Assembly (NCBI RefSeq): GCF_006345805.1 | Contig: NC_043007.1 | Coordinates: 29,946,001 to 30,010,000 of the forward strand | DNA from: Octopus sinensis | Taxonomy: Eukaryota | Direction: 5' to 3' | Length of the DNA stretch: 64,000 nt | In this document: one piece after another, positions 34,866 through 46,758 of the stretch | How the letters are laid out: each line of letters opens with the position of its first letter | Numbering within the stretch: the first letter of the stretch is position 1 | Translations under genes and position numbers: made by a program | Notes under the pieces: model-generated | Database searches by the model: none | What the model was told of the DNA's origin: nothing | Seen by the model: the letters and a program-made list of their open reading frames with translations, nothing else

Positions 34866-36261
34866 TCTCACTGGTCTTGCCGGGTCTTCTCACGCACAGC
34901 ATACTTCCATAGGTCTCGGTCTCTGGTCATTTCCTTGGTGAGACCTAGAGTTCGAAGGTCGTGCTTCACCACCTCGACCCAGGTTTTCCTGGGTCTACCT
35001 CTTCCACAGGTCCCCTCAACTGCCAGAGTGTGGCACTTTTCACACACCTATCTTCATCCATTCTCACCACATGACCATACCAGCGCAATCGTCTCTCTTG
35101 CACACAACATCTGATTCCTCTTAGGTCCAACTTTTCTCTCAAGGTACTTACACTCTGTCGACTATGAACACTGACATTACACATCCAACGGAGCATACTA
35201 GCTTCATTTCTCGCGAGCTTACGCATGTCCTCAGCAGTCACGGCCCATGTTTCACTGCCATGTAGCATAGCTGTTCGTACACATGCATCATACAGTCTGC
35301 CTTTTACCCTGAGCGAGAGGCCTTTAGTCACCAACAGAGGTAAGAGCTCCCTAAACTTTGCCCAGGCTATTCTTACTCTAGCCGTTACACTTTCAGCACA
35401 CCCACCCCCACTACTGACTTGGTCACCAAGATAACGGAAGCTATCAACCACTTCTAGTTTTTCCCCCTGGAAAGTGACGGAAGTTGTTTTCTGCAGATTT
35501 TCAGAGGTTAATGCTCCCGAGCATCTGCCACATACAAAAACCATCTTCCTAGTTAGCCTTCCTATGACATTGCTGCACCTCTTATGTGTCCATAGCTTAC
35601 ACTTGGTGCATCTTATAGAGTTTCTACCTACACCTTTTCTACAGATCGAGCAGGGCCATCTACCTGAAGGCGTTTGTGATTTGTCTACCTTCCTACTTAT
35701 TACGACTTTGGTTTTAGCTAGGTTGACTCTAAGGCCCTTCGATTCTAAACCATGCTTCCACACCTGAAACTTCTTCTCCAGTTCTGATAATGACTCAGCA
35801 ATTAGAGCAAGGTCATCAGCATAGAGGAGCTCCCAGGGGCATCCTGTCTTGAATTCCTCCGTTATTTCCTGGAGGACTATGATAAATAGGAGGGGGCTGA
35901 GGACTGAGCCTTGGTGGACCCCTACCTCTACCCGGAATTCTTCACTGTACTCATTTCCAACCCTCACCTTACTAGCAGCGTCCCTGTACATGGCTTGCAC
36001 AGCTCTCACTAACCATTCTTCTATTCTTAGTTTCCTCATTGACCACCATATGAGGGATCTGGGGACCCTGTCGAAGGCTTTCTCCATGTCAACAAAAGCC
36101 AGGTACAGGGCCTTATCTTTGGCTAGGTATTTCTCCTGCAGCTGCCTTACCAGGAATATAGCATCAGTGGTACTTTTCCCTGGCACGAAACCAAACTGCA
36201 TCTCATCTAAACTAACTCTCTCTCTAATTAGTTGGCTTATGACCCTCTCTGTAACCTTCAT
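34866..36261 (-). pseudogene. RTE reverse transcriptase ORF fragment with one frameshift near the C-terminus
   Basis: 431-aa ORF. After RCVK (~35038) the expected C-terminus CHTLAVEGTCGRGRPRKTWVEVVKHDL...DRDLWK continues in a shifted frame, consistent with a 1-nt deletion in an A run. Confidence 0.85.
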
Positions 36262-36351
36262 GTAAAAAACGAAAAACAGAAACTAAAATGTAAAAAGCTA
36301 AAAGAGCCATCCTCTTTAGATCTTAACTGATAAGGCTGGAAAGATATCAAG

Positions 36352-36800
36352 TCAGTCAGGAATAGGCGGAATTTTCCAATTCTTCAGAATATATTTATAC
36401 ATATGCATGCAACTACTGAACATTTCTGACCTAGAGTTCAATAGAGCGTTAGAGATGTTAGATCTGAACTGGATCTGCGCTCTTTCAGCCAAACAAAGTC
36501 TACATTTATTCGATCCATTCACATATGGTATGGCTTTCTTAATTACTTTCCATTTTATCACATCCGGCGTTTCGTTATCCTTAACTGTCTGCATTTTCTT
36601 CATTCTGCCTTCTCAATTATTTCGTGTTTCTTCTATTACTCAATTTCTTTAGCTCACTATGATTTGAAGAATATATTTCAGTGTTTCTCAACATATGAAA
36701 CTATTGGTAGCGCTTCAATACATGTGTTGTGACCTTTAAATAAATAATATTTATCTCTTGATATCAGCACTGGTACTGCAAATGCATTGTGGGATATTGT
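36352..36800 (-). mobile_element. Penelope-like element C-terminal (GIY-YIG-associated) fragment
   Basis: IKWKVIKKAIPY...KCRLCLAE...LLNSRSEMFSSCMH matches the Penelope-type C-x2-C...LLN-x-RSE...C-x-H motif. Confidence 0.75.
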
Positions 36801-37033
36801 TTTGTTGAAAGAAAAGAGTTCCGACTGCCATGTTTTCCAAAGTCTGGTGTAATATTCTCGGGTCACTCTATCTTTATTCACTGTGCATTCATATGATACA
36901 TGTATGTATGTTTATATACATACACACACATCCATATATGTATACACACACACACACACACATATGTATACGAGTGAGTGGACAAACGAAAGAACGGGCA
37001 CTCAATACATTTATTGGTAGTTTCGTGTATGGA

Positions 37034-37167
37034 TCAAATCAGTTTGGATCGGATTCCGAGCTGCTTCAAGTTTCAAAGCCCCTCACGGAGCCTAGTCCCC
37101 AACGGAGGGGCTCCGGGAGGGGCTTTGAAACCTGAGGCAGCTCGGAATCCGATCCAAACTGATTTGA
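37034..37167. repeat. Near-perfect inverted repeat (59-bp arms, 16-nt loop)
   Basis: TCAAATCAGTTTGGATCGGATTCCGAGCTGC...GCAGCTCGGAATCCGATCCAAACTGATTTGA; three non-Watson-Crick positions. Confidence 0.95.
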
Positions 37168-37181
37168 ACAATATATATATA

Positions 37182-37234
<53 letters not shown>

Positions 37235-37271
37235 ATGTATGTGTGTATGTATGTGTGTGTGTGTGTATGTA

Positions 37272-37314
<43 letters not shown>

Positions 37315-38508
37315 GCGCGCACACACATATATGGATATACATGTATGTATATACAAGTATGTGTATATATGTGTGTGTCTGTATATATATATATGTTATA
37401 ATTGTGTGAGTGTATTTATACATACATGGTTGCACACACACACACACATACAGCCATCTACGTCAGGGGCGTATATCTACACACACCGGCGCAGATACTG
37501 GATGCTGGTACCGAAAACACCTGCCAGTGTCTCTATTTACTGTGAAAGGTCAACAAGCTTTCAGTTCCAGCGAAGTGAAAGTTCAAAGGGTGTTTAAAAG
37601 CGTCTGAAGTCTGCAGTGAAGCAACAACAACAACAACAACAAATGCGGCATCATCATCATCATCATCATCACCATTAAAAACTCTGTCATCACGAGAGGA
37701 GAGAGTTTTAAGAATGAAAATGCTGAACACATTCAGTTTGTTCCATGAATGTATGGAAACCCGACCCTCAACCAGCGACGGCGACCAACCCATCCACCCC
37801 TTCTCCATCCTTTTCACAGCTGAAACTATACCCTGAACCATCAAAACACCATTGACTCACTGTTGAAATAATAAACATTACGGAAATAACCGAATTCACC
37901 CAAAACACTTCGTCTCTGTTGTAATTTTCGTGTCTTTTAGAGCGTAATGTCTTGTAGTTATTCTTCTTTTAAATGTCTCCTTTTTTTCTCTTCTTTTTCA
38001 AAGTATTTTTCCCAGAGACTTTTTTCTCTTCGTTCGCTTTCAATTCTTTACGAATGTGTAATGTTCTTTATATTATTTTTGTTAGCTTTATTCATTTTTT
38101 TTTTGTGGGTGTCTTTTCTCCTCCATTCAACTTTTTTCTTATTCTAAACCAGAAACACATTCACATTCAGTTGCTGCTGCTGCTTGTTGTTGTTGTTGTT
38201 GCGTGCCTGCCGTTATTTCTTCCTTCTCTTTAGGTTCTGAGTTCAAATCCCGCCGAGGCCAACTTTTCCTGCCATCCTTTCGGCATCAATAAAATAATGT
38301 ACCAGTCATATCCTGGTGTCGAAGTAGAATCGACTAAAATCCGTATGATGTCTCTACTGTGTCCCTTAAACAGATGTATGTCTGCATCTCAGCCCGAACC
38401 CAACTTGTGATGGTACAATGTGACCGATCACCTGGCTTAATTAAGAGATTGTAATTCTTTGCAGGATACATTAACGTTTTCGTATACATCACTAAACACA
38501 TAGTTCGC

Positions 38509-38590
<82 letters not shown>

Positions 38591-38821
38591 TATATATATA
38601 TATATATAATATATATATATTATATATATATATACACAGGTCGAACTATCTCAAGTGTAACTGCCCGAAACGGTCGTGACTTGTGGGACTTGACTGAGGA
38701 AAGAAGGCCTCGAATGACCCGTCTTTTTTGCCTGTCCTTCTAATTGTTGTTTCTCCTGTCCGCCTTGGTATCGTCTATCTGTCCGAATGTTTTATTGTCC
38801 TCTATTGCGTTTTTATTCCAT

Positions 38822-38892
<71 letters not shown>

Positions 38893-38946
38893 ATATAATA
38901 TATATATATATATATAATATATATATATATTATATATATATATATA

Positions 38947-39354
38947 GGCGCAGGAGTGGCTGTGTGGTAAGTAGCTTGCTAACCAACCACATGGTTCCGG
39001 GTTCAGTCCCACTACGTGGCATCGTGGGCAAGTGTCTTCTGCTATAGCCCCGGGCCAACCAATGCCTTGTGAGTGGATTTGGTAGACGGAAACTGAAAGA
39101 AGCCCGTCGTATATATGTATATATATATATGTATGTGTGTGTGTGTTTGTGTGTCTGTGTTTGTCCCCCTAGCATTGCTTGACAACCGATGCTGGTGTGT
39201 TTATGTCCCGGTTACTTAGTGGTTCGGCAAAAGAGACCGATAGAATAAGTACTGGACTTACAAAAGAATAAGTCCCGGGATCGAGTTGCTCGATTAAAGG
39301 CGGTGCTCCAGCATGGCCACAGTCAAATGACTGAAACAAGTAAAAGAGAAAAGA

Positions 39355-39355
<1 letters not shown>
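38947..39355 (+). mobile_element. Full-length tRNA-derived SINE family B with internal microsatellite
   Basis: GGCGCAGGAGTGGCTGTGTGGTAAG (A box) and GGTTCAGTCCC (B-box-like); tail GGTGCTCCAGCATGGCCACAGTCAAATGACTGAAACAAGTAAAAGA; inserted in (TA)n. Confidence 0.88.
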
Positions 39356-39403
<48 letters not shown>

Positions 39404-39439
39404 TATATACATACATATATGTATATACATTTGCATATA

Positions 39440-39740
39440 TGGGTACAGGACGACATAGAACGTAAACAACATGAAATACGAAAACATGGAGTACGAACTT
39501 TTTTTTTATAGAACACGAAAGAAACAAACGGAAAATAAGACAAGTAACATAATGAACGCCCCTTCATCAGTTGTCGGATGTTTCATCTTCTCCGCATTTC
39601 GAGCAATTCCGACAAGATGCGCCTTCGTCAAAACAGTTGCTCCCGCAAAGCAAATTAAATAACCTTTGAGATTTGCGGAGGGTCAAAGTTGGTAACAAAA
39701 ACATGACAGTGAAAACAAACAGTAAGATCTGCTAAGCCTT
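39440..39740 (-). mobile_element. Probable Penelope-type terminal repeat remnant (related copy at 52280-52540)
   Basis: Both loci share CCCTTC.TCAGTTGTC...CTCCGC.TTTCGA...CCCGCAAAGCAAATTAAAT. Class assignment is inference. Confidence 0.5.
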
Positions 39741-39741
39741 A

Positions 39742-39780
<39 letters not shown>

Positions 39781-39968
39781 TGTATGTATATATATATATG
39801 TATGAATATATATATATATATATGTATGAATATATATATATATATATATATATAGATATATATATATATATATTATATATATATTATATATATATATATA
39901 TATGTGATTGATTGATTCTAGTTTCAGCTCATGAGCCGTGGCCATGCTGGGGCACCGCCATTTATGTA

Positions 39969-40012
<44 letters not shown>

Positions 40013-40093
40013 TATGTGTATGAATATATATATATATATATATATATGTATGAATTATATATATATATATGAATATATATATATATATATATA

Positions 40094-40478
40094 CTAGCAG
40101 TATCGCCCGGCGTTGCTCATGTTTTGTAAGTGAAATAACTATAAAGCATTTTTTAGAGAGTTATAGCCAAAAAATAGCCAAAAATGGAAAAAAATGATGG
40201 TAAATTTTTTTTTTGAGATAATAAAGGTTGAGTTGCGTCCCCTAGACAGTCTGTGGTTTGTTTTTTTTTTTATTCTCGACCCCATGTCGAATTTATCGAT
40301 TTTTTTCAGAACTGGGGGAACTTTTCAAAATTCGCTGCGTTAGTTTTGAATTATGACATTGGGCTATGTGTGGGTCAATTTCATCAGAATCGGTTGAAAG
40401 CCGTGGTCAGGGTGAGGGTACGAGAAAACAGACACACAGAAACACGCACAGACAAACTGCCGTTTATATAGAGAGAGA
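40094..40478 (-). mobile_element. Non-autonomous Helitron-like element
   Basis: Minus strand starts TC(TC)TATATAAA with GTCTGT-type repeats and ends with a GC-rich hairpin remnant (GCAACGCCGGGCG) and CTAG|T. Confidence 0.7.
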
Positions 40479-40492
40479 TATATATATATGTA

Positions 40493-40535
<43 letters not shown>

Positions 40536-40593
40536 ATATATATAATATATATATATATTATATATATTATATATATATTATATATATATATAT

Positions 40594-40624
<31 letters not shown>

Positions 40625-40654
40625 ACATGCATATATATATATATACATACATGC

Positions 40655-40688
<34 letters not shown>

Positions 40689-41592
40689 CATACATATATA
40701 TATATAATATATACATACATGCATATATATATATATACATACATGCATATATATATATATCTATATATATATATATACATGCATATATATATATATATAT
40801 AATATATATATATATGTACATACATGCTTATATATATATACACACACACACACAAACAACAGGAGACGCACGGAACACCGTTGAATGAGATATGCGTGTA
40901 CAATCATATTTAATACGTACATGTACAGTCCGACGCGGGAAGACCTGTCGCTGCGGATATACATTTCACCGAATGCTGTCGCGTGCGCCACCAGTTAATT
41001 AATGTGTATTGTGCACATTAGCAAATGTACTAATAACCGGATTTTCACACCTTACTTTTTAAATTTGCTTATATATTCACGAGTACGTTCATGTCTTACA
41101 TCAATCATCAGTGAAATGTTTAAATAGCAACTAAATTGTTCCCAGGTAAATATTTACATGGCAGCAATATGTAGGTGGCATTGTTAAAGGGAGATAACAC
41201 ATTTTTGTGAATGTTACTTTTAGATCGAATCAAAATTATCGATCATTCAGAACTGTCCCTTACTGTCCATTCTTTGCTTTTGCTCTTCTTTTTACTTCTT
41301 TTGAGTCATAAATTTTATAAAATATCGATACTAAAAAAAACTATTGTTGCGTATTTCCAAATTATAAATTAATGGGATCTGTCTGGCGTAAGGGTTCGTA
41401 ATTTGTTGCCAGTGTACCCGTATCCTTTCGGATAATGAATTACCTGTTTGGCTACTATATATTTCTCTATTAATCGGGCATTTAATACAGTAAATCTGCT
41501 TTTACAGCTTGTATTTGTATTTGTAAATACTTTTTACCAATAACAAAAATATTATTGAACAGAGAATGAAATTTTTTTAGTGTCGGGACAAC

Positions 41593-42221
41593 AACGATTC
41601 GGTAAAGAAATCGTTGCTTGTGTCCATGAGTTGAGCGGTGACGAGCAAGCAAACCACTGGAGATTGTGGCTCGTTGATTTTTGTTGTTGTCACTTAAAGC
41701 ATGCGGAGCCCATGATCCATACTTCTGAACCTTTCCCATCGAGTGAAGACGCTTCTCTGTAGCAGTGTGGAAGCATTCCATTTTCTCTGCGATTTCCCTT
41801 GTTGTTTTACGAGAATTTTCGGGCAAAATTTGATTCAATCGCTCTTCATCGAACTCAACAGGACGGCCAGAACCAGGTGCGTTTTGAGGTCAAAATTTCC
41901 ATTTTTGAACTTGGCATACCAATCACGAGCGGTTCTTTCAGCTATGGCACCCTCTCCATACACAGCACAAATGTTGCGAGCAACTTTTGCAGCCTTAGAA
42001 CCTTGATTAAAAGCGAAAAGGAGATGTCGAAAATGCTCATTTTTCTTAACTTGACATTCCATTTTAATGTTATGAAAATAAATAGAAATTAACTAGAAAA
42101 AAAATAAAGATTCCAAAATGATTCAAAAATAGAATTCTCGAAAAAAATAGATTCGAAAATTTAAAAACGCAATAAATTCCAAAATTTAAAAAAAACCGCG
42201 GAAACTTAGTTGCCAACCCAA
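41593..42221 (-). mobile_element. Mariner (mellifera-subfamily-like) 5' half with TIR and frameshifted transposase
   Basis: TA|TTGGGTTGGCAACTAAGTTTCCGCGG TIR. Protein reads EHFRHLL...ICAVYGEGAIAERTARDWYAKFKNGNFDLK, then TTREIAEKM, GSWAPHALS and FLYRIV; truncated before the first catalytic Asp. Confidence 0.9.
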
Positions 42222-42229
42222 TAGATACC

Positions 42230-43250
42230 CTTGAGGATAATACAATAGTATGAATATATTTACAAATCGGAGGTGCAACCATGGTAACCATATTTGCTCC
42301 AGTATATGCAAATTCAGTAATGAGGTATTTGGAACAAAAACTGTACTAAAAGTGGTTGAAAATTATGGTCCTGGTTGTAGAGGAACCATGGGAAAGATTT
42401 CTTGATGAATGTTTTCTAATTTGGACAAAATTCGTGAATATTTTAAAAGAATTCAGCGTCCCTCTGTCCAATTTACACTAAACCCAGAAATTTACAAGGA
42501 AGTCGAACCCTACAAAATTACTATTTCTCGACATAATGGCAATTAAAAATAACTGTAATATTGCAATGGATATATATTCTTTTCTACTCTAAGCACAAGG
42601 CCCGAAATTTTTGGTGCGGGGGCCAGTTGATTAGAGCCACCCCATTATGCAACTGGTACTTAATTTATCGACCCCGAAAGGATGAAAGGCAAAGTCGATC
42701 TCGGCGGAATTTGAACTCAGAACGTAAACACAGACGAAATACCGCTAAGCATTTCGCCCGGCGTGCTAAGCAATGGATATATCTATTAAAAAGACAGGGA
42801 CACACATCAGGATCTGAACTTTCAAACTTTCAAACCATCCATAGCATTTCAGTGTCCGGTGACGAAAATTTGTACTCTAAGTTCGTTGCTGTCCCGTTGG
42901 TCGATGTCGCCGGTGTTGGAGCTCATGTCTTCCGAGATCGGTCTCCCGCTCGTTTTCTTTTTTCTCTCTGAAAACGAATACCTATTGGACAACATCGAGA
43001 GAAACTCAGAAAGAAGAGCACAAGACCAGGATAGAGTACTCTTTGTAGAAACGCACAATCCAAGCAATCAGGATACGCTGAACGTTACCAAATCAAACTT
43101 GCATATAATCAGACAAAGTAATAAATAAAAGGATTTCTTCACCAATCGATCGTTCCTTCAAAACAAACGAGAATCGGAAAACTTGAAACAAAAGTTGACA
43201 AAGGAGAAGTTCGTCATAAACAAAATCAATACAAATTTCACAGTTTTGTG
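42230..43250 (+). mobile_element. Degraded Penelope-like reverse transcriptase fragment, interrupted by a SINE
   Basis: LQIGGATMVTIFAPVYANSVMRYLEQKL, WERFLDECFLIW, LLFLDI and ETHNP match decayed PLE RT motifs. Confidence 0.75.
42576..42769 (-). mobile_element. SINE family A with 13-bp TSD
   Basis: GCAATGGATATAT at 42563-42575 and 42770-42782. Confidence 0.88.
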
Positions 43251-43321
43251 TAATGACTGTCGTTGTGGAGTATGTTAGTTTGTATTGCTGGCCATTGAAC
43301 CGGAATGCAGGTCACGATCCA

Positions 43322-43490
43322 ATACATACACACATACATACACACATACATACATACATACATACACACATACATACATACATACATACATACATACATA
43401 CATGCATACATACATACATACATACATACATACATACATTACATACATACATACATACATACATACGTACATACATACATACGTACGTAC
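43322..43490. repeat. (CATA)n microsatellite
   Basis: Seen directly. Confidence 0.95.
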
Positions 43491-43589
43491 ATAAAAACTT
43501 AAATATATTACACATTGTACACAAACATACACACATATATATATACAAACATATACATATCATATATAAATATATTTTTCATATAAGTT

Positions 43590-44135
43590 GTCAACTCGTC
43601 GTCGATAAAGTTGTCTCAGAATTTCTTCTTGAGCCTGTTCCTCAGCACCACTTTGTAGATGGTTCTTTATGCCAGCTTTCGACTTCACCATTTCGCCACA
43701 CATGGTGCACTTGAAACCAAGGTGCTGACGATACTGCCCCTGTTTCGTGTCATCATGTTCTCTCAAGTGGTTCTGGAAACCAGCAACAGAAAGACACATT
43801 CTTCCACGTAGTTGACATTGACTATTTTCACCTCCGCCTTAGCGAAGGAGGCGGTATTGTTTTCAGTCACGTTTGTTCGTTTGTCTGTGGACAAGATATC
43901 TCAAGAACTGCTGGATGGATTTGGATGAAACTTTCAGGAATGTTTGGCCTCATGACTGGCATGAACTGAGTAGATTTTTGGATTGATTCAGTACCTGACA
44001 AGGATTTTGGATTATTTTTCTGTTCTTTTTTACTTAATTTTTTGAGACCGGTCGGGTTCATTTGTAGTATTCTCATTTGTGAGAGCAGTCGAGTTTATTT
44101 CAGATATTCTCATTTTATTTATATATGTTATATGT

Positions 44136-44170
<35 letters not shown>

Positions 44171-45070
44171 ATGTGTGTGTGTGTGTGTTGCTGCTTGCTT
44201 CCGCTTCCAAATTGCTATTTGACGCATACTGAATTCTTCCTCTCTCAAATAATGCTGCACCATCAATGATTACTGAGTATATGGTTCAAACAGCATTGGT
44301 GAAACTATTTGAGCGTGGTGTTTGTAGGATCATCCAAGATCCACGGCCATACAATAAAGTTTGGAGAACTCTAGTTTTGTGGAATGATGTCTTAGTGCTT
44401 AATCAAACCCCATTTTGTTATGAAAACCTGCTTTCCAGATTTCCAAAAGCTGCAGAAACATTTCCCCTTCTGTATAAGGTCTCCTTCTCTAAACTTAAAT
44501 CATCCGACAGAACACTTCCCAGGTAAGTAAAAGACTTGATCCCTTCAATTCTCTATCTCTTACTAATATCTTTGGCTTAATATCTGCTTTTCTAAGCGCA
44601 GCCGACAACATAACTTCTGTTTCCTTCAAATTCATTTCCAGCCAAAAGCTTTGAATGATGCATTAAGAAATTGTAATCGGATCCTGCTGTCCCTGTTCTG
44701 TGTGAAATGCTCAATCACAACCACCTGCATATAGCAGATCCCTAACAGAAGATTCTAACACCTTAGTATCTGCGGTACATCTCTTAATAGCGAAGAATCT
44801 TCCAAGGGTTCCAAACCTAGACTCTCTTAGTGTTACCTTTGACTGTTACCATGAACACTGCTGTAAAGAGCAAATAACAATGGTTCAAGAATGTTTCTTT
44901 GCTTTACTCCACCTTCAAGGTGGAAAAAGATAAGATAAATTACCATTAAAGTACACTCCAGCCTTCATGCAAAGATCGCATCAGGTTTGTAAACCATTAT
45001 TTGGACAACCAAACTTCATTAAGCCATTCCGTAGCATTGCTCCGTTGACTGTGTCAAATGCCTTGGTGAG
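43590..45070 (-). mobile_element. Old RTE/BovB-type LINE fragments (RT thumb and C-terminal zinc fingers), interrupted
   Basis: FTYLGSVLS...SAAFGNLESR...LSTK...LQTLLYGRGSW at ~44330-44530; C2H2-like CLSVAGFQNHLREH and CTMCGEMVKSKAGIKNHL at ~43640-43820. Confidence 0.65.
43828..44115 (+). mobile_element. Helentron/HINE-like non-autonomous element fragment
   Basis: ACCTCCGCC..GGAGGCGGT subterminal hairpin, GTTTGTCTGT tract, GGATGGATTTGGATGAAACTT. Confidence 0.55.
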
Positions 45071-45497
45071 ATCAACAAAGCACTGATACAAGTCAAGTTT
45101 ATACTCAGTAGACTTTCCCGGTAGAAATATTTGCATCGTGTACCTTGTGTGTACAGGTGAGATGTATGACTGGTATTGTTACGTTTAGAGTAGATTGTCA
45201 TCGTCCAGTCTGCTTCCAGTGAAATAGTGATTAAACCACTTGCGAACAATGCAGTAAAATGTTCTCTGACGACACGTTGTGCTTAAGCATCCAATTGCAG
45301 ACGTCCAAACAAGCACGACGGTGAAACGTACGTTGGAACGAATGATACAAGCTTGTGTTCATCGTAACTTCTCCCCACTCTCTTTTACTCTCTTTTACTC
45401 TCTCTCTCTCCACAAACACGCTCACACACATATACACACATACATACATATATATATATAAATATATACACACACATATACATATGTAGGTACGTAC

Positions 45498-45578
<81 letters not shown>

Positions 45579-45852
45579 ATATATACATGATACAAGTACA
45601 CACACCACACCCAACACAGAATACTGAAAGAGAGTGTACAGACATCTCTCTCCTCCTCCTTTTCTCTTTCTCTCTCTCTCTCTTTCGCTAATTAACATGG
45701 TGGGAAATTTTATACTGGAAAATAATCTCCATTCCCTTCGGTATTTATTGAGTGTGTGTGTGTGTGTATTTGTATCTTACACGCTGCGCGCACACACACA
45801 CAAACACACACACACATATATATATACACACACACACACACACATATATGTA

Positions 45853-45926
<74 letters not shown>

Positions 45927-46009
45927 TATATACACTGTATACAATAATTTCATTATTATTATTATTATTATATAGGCTTATATTCCAGTTTCAAGTATGA
46001 TAAAAAAAA

Positions 46010-46089
46010 TATCATTATATTGTTATTATATATTATTATTTTATTATTATTATTATTCTTATATTATGTTATTATTATTATTATTATTA

Positions 46090-46121
<32 letters not shown>

Positions 46122-46151
46122 GTTATTATTATTATTATTGTATTATTATTA

Positions 46152-46219
<68 letters not shown>

Positions 46220-46240
46220 TTTATTATTGCTATCATTATT
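46010..46240. repeat. (ATT)n microsatellite
   Basis: Seen directly. Confidence 0.95.
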
Positions 46241-46720
46241 TCTTTCGCAATCTCTTAATGAGTTTCTGTCGCAAGGAATTCACCAGAGATTTGAAACCGT
46301 GTCCCCGCTCGTCTGTCCCCCCTCCCTTATTTCGATCATTGTTTCGGGGGTTCCTTGACCTCATCTTCACCTTGATAACTCGACGAACACAATGTCAGTC
46401 TGTCCTGACAAAAACTCGCTCTCCTTGTTTATAGAAACAACGACACAACTGGGACACTGGGCTCCGTCAAACAGTGGAACCTTTCGCAATATCGGTCGGC
46501 GTTTCATAGGGCAGGGGGGGACGCATTTCAAGGACTCGATCACACTCACTCACTCCCCCCCACCACACAGCGAAAGCCACGCACCGTACAGTCACGTATA
46601 CAAAACACTCATTTATATATATACGCGTGTGTGTGTGAGTGTGTGTGTGTGTGTGTTTATGTACATGTATCTGTCTGTCTGTCCATTTACTTATCTAACA
46701 ATCTATCTACACACACACAC

Positions 46721-46758
<38 letters not shown>

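Larger units (their letters stand above)
33803..36262 (-). mobile_element. Young 5'-truncated RTE-clade LINE (RT, 3' UTR with tandem array, (GAT)n tail)
   Basis: RT motifs QFGF, AFVDMEKAFDRV, GVHQGSVLSP, YADD, FRYLG, RRLRWYGHV. The tail matches the dispersed RTE-tail repeats across the window. Confidence 0.95.

Noticed and set aside
37534-37610. Possible minus-strand exon (TSDAFKHPLNFHFAGTESLLTFH) for the orphan gene
   Set aside because: Its phase 1 end does not fit the phase 0 start at 32770, and there is no other support.
38690-38732. Other CTGAnGA motifs (38695, 39563 minus, 48200, 58885 minus) as hammerheads
   Set aside because: They lack a properly placed stem II plus GAAA and a closing stem I.
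38947-39020. tRNA-like A and B boxes here and at 55750-55820
   Set aside because: Heads of SINEs that continue into SINE bodies; no complete cloverleaf.
40488-40903. YI/VC/HT-repeat ORFs here and throughout 37-64 kb
   Set aside because: Translations of (TA)n, (CA)n and (CATA)n microsatellites.
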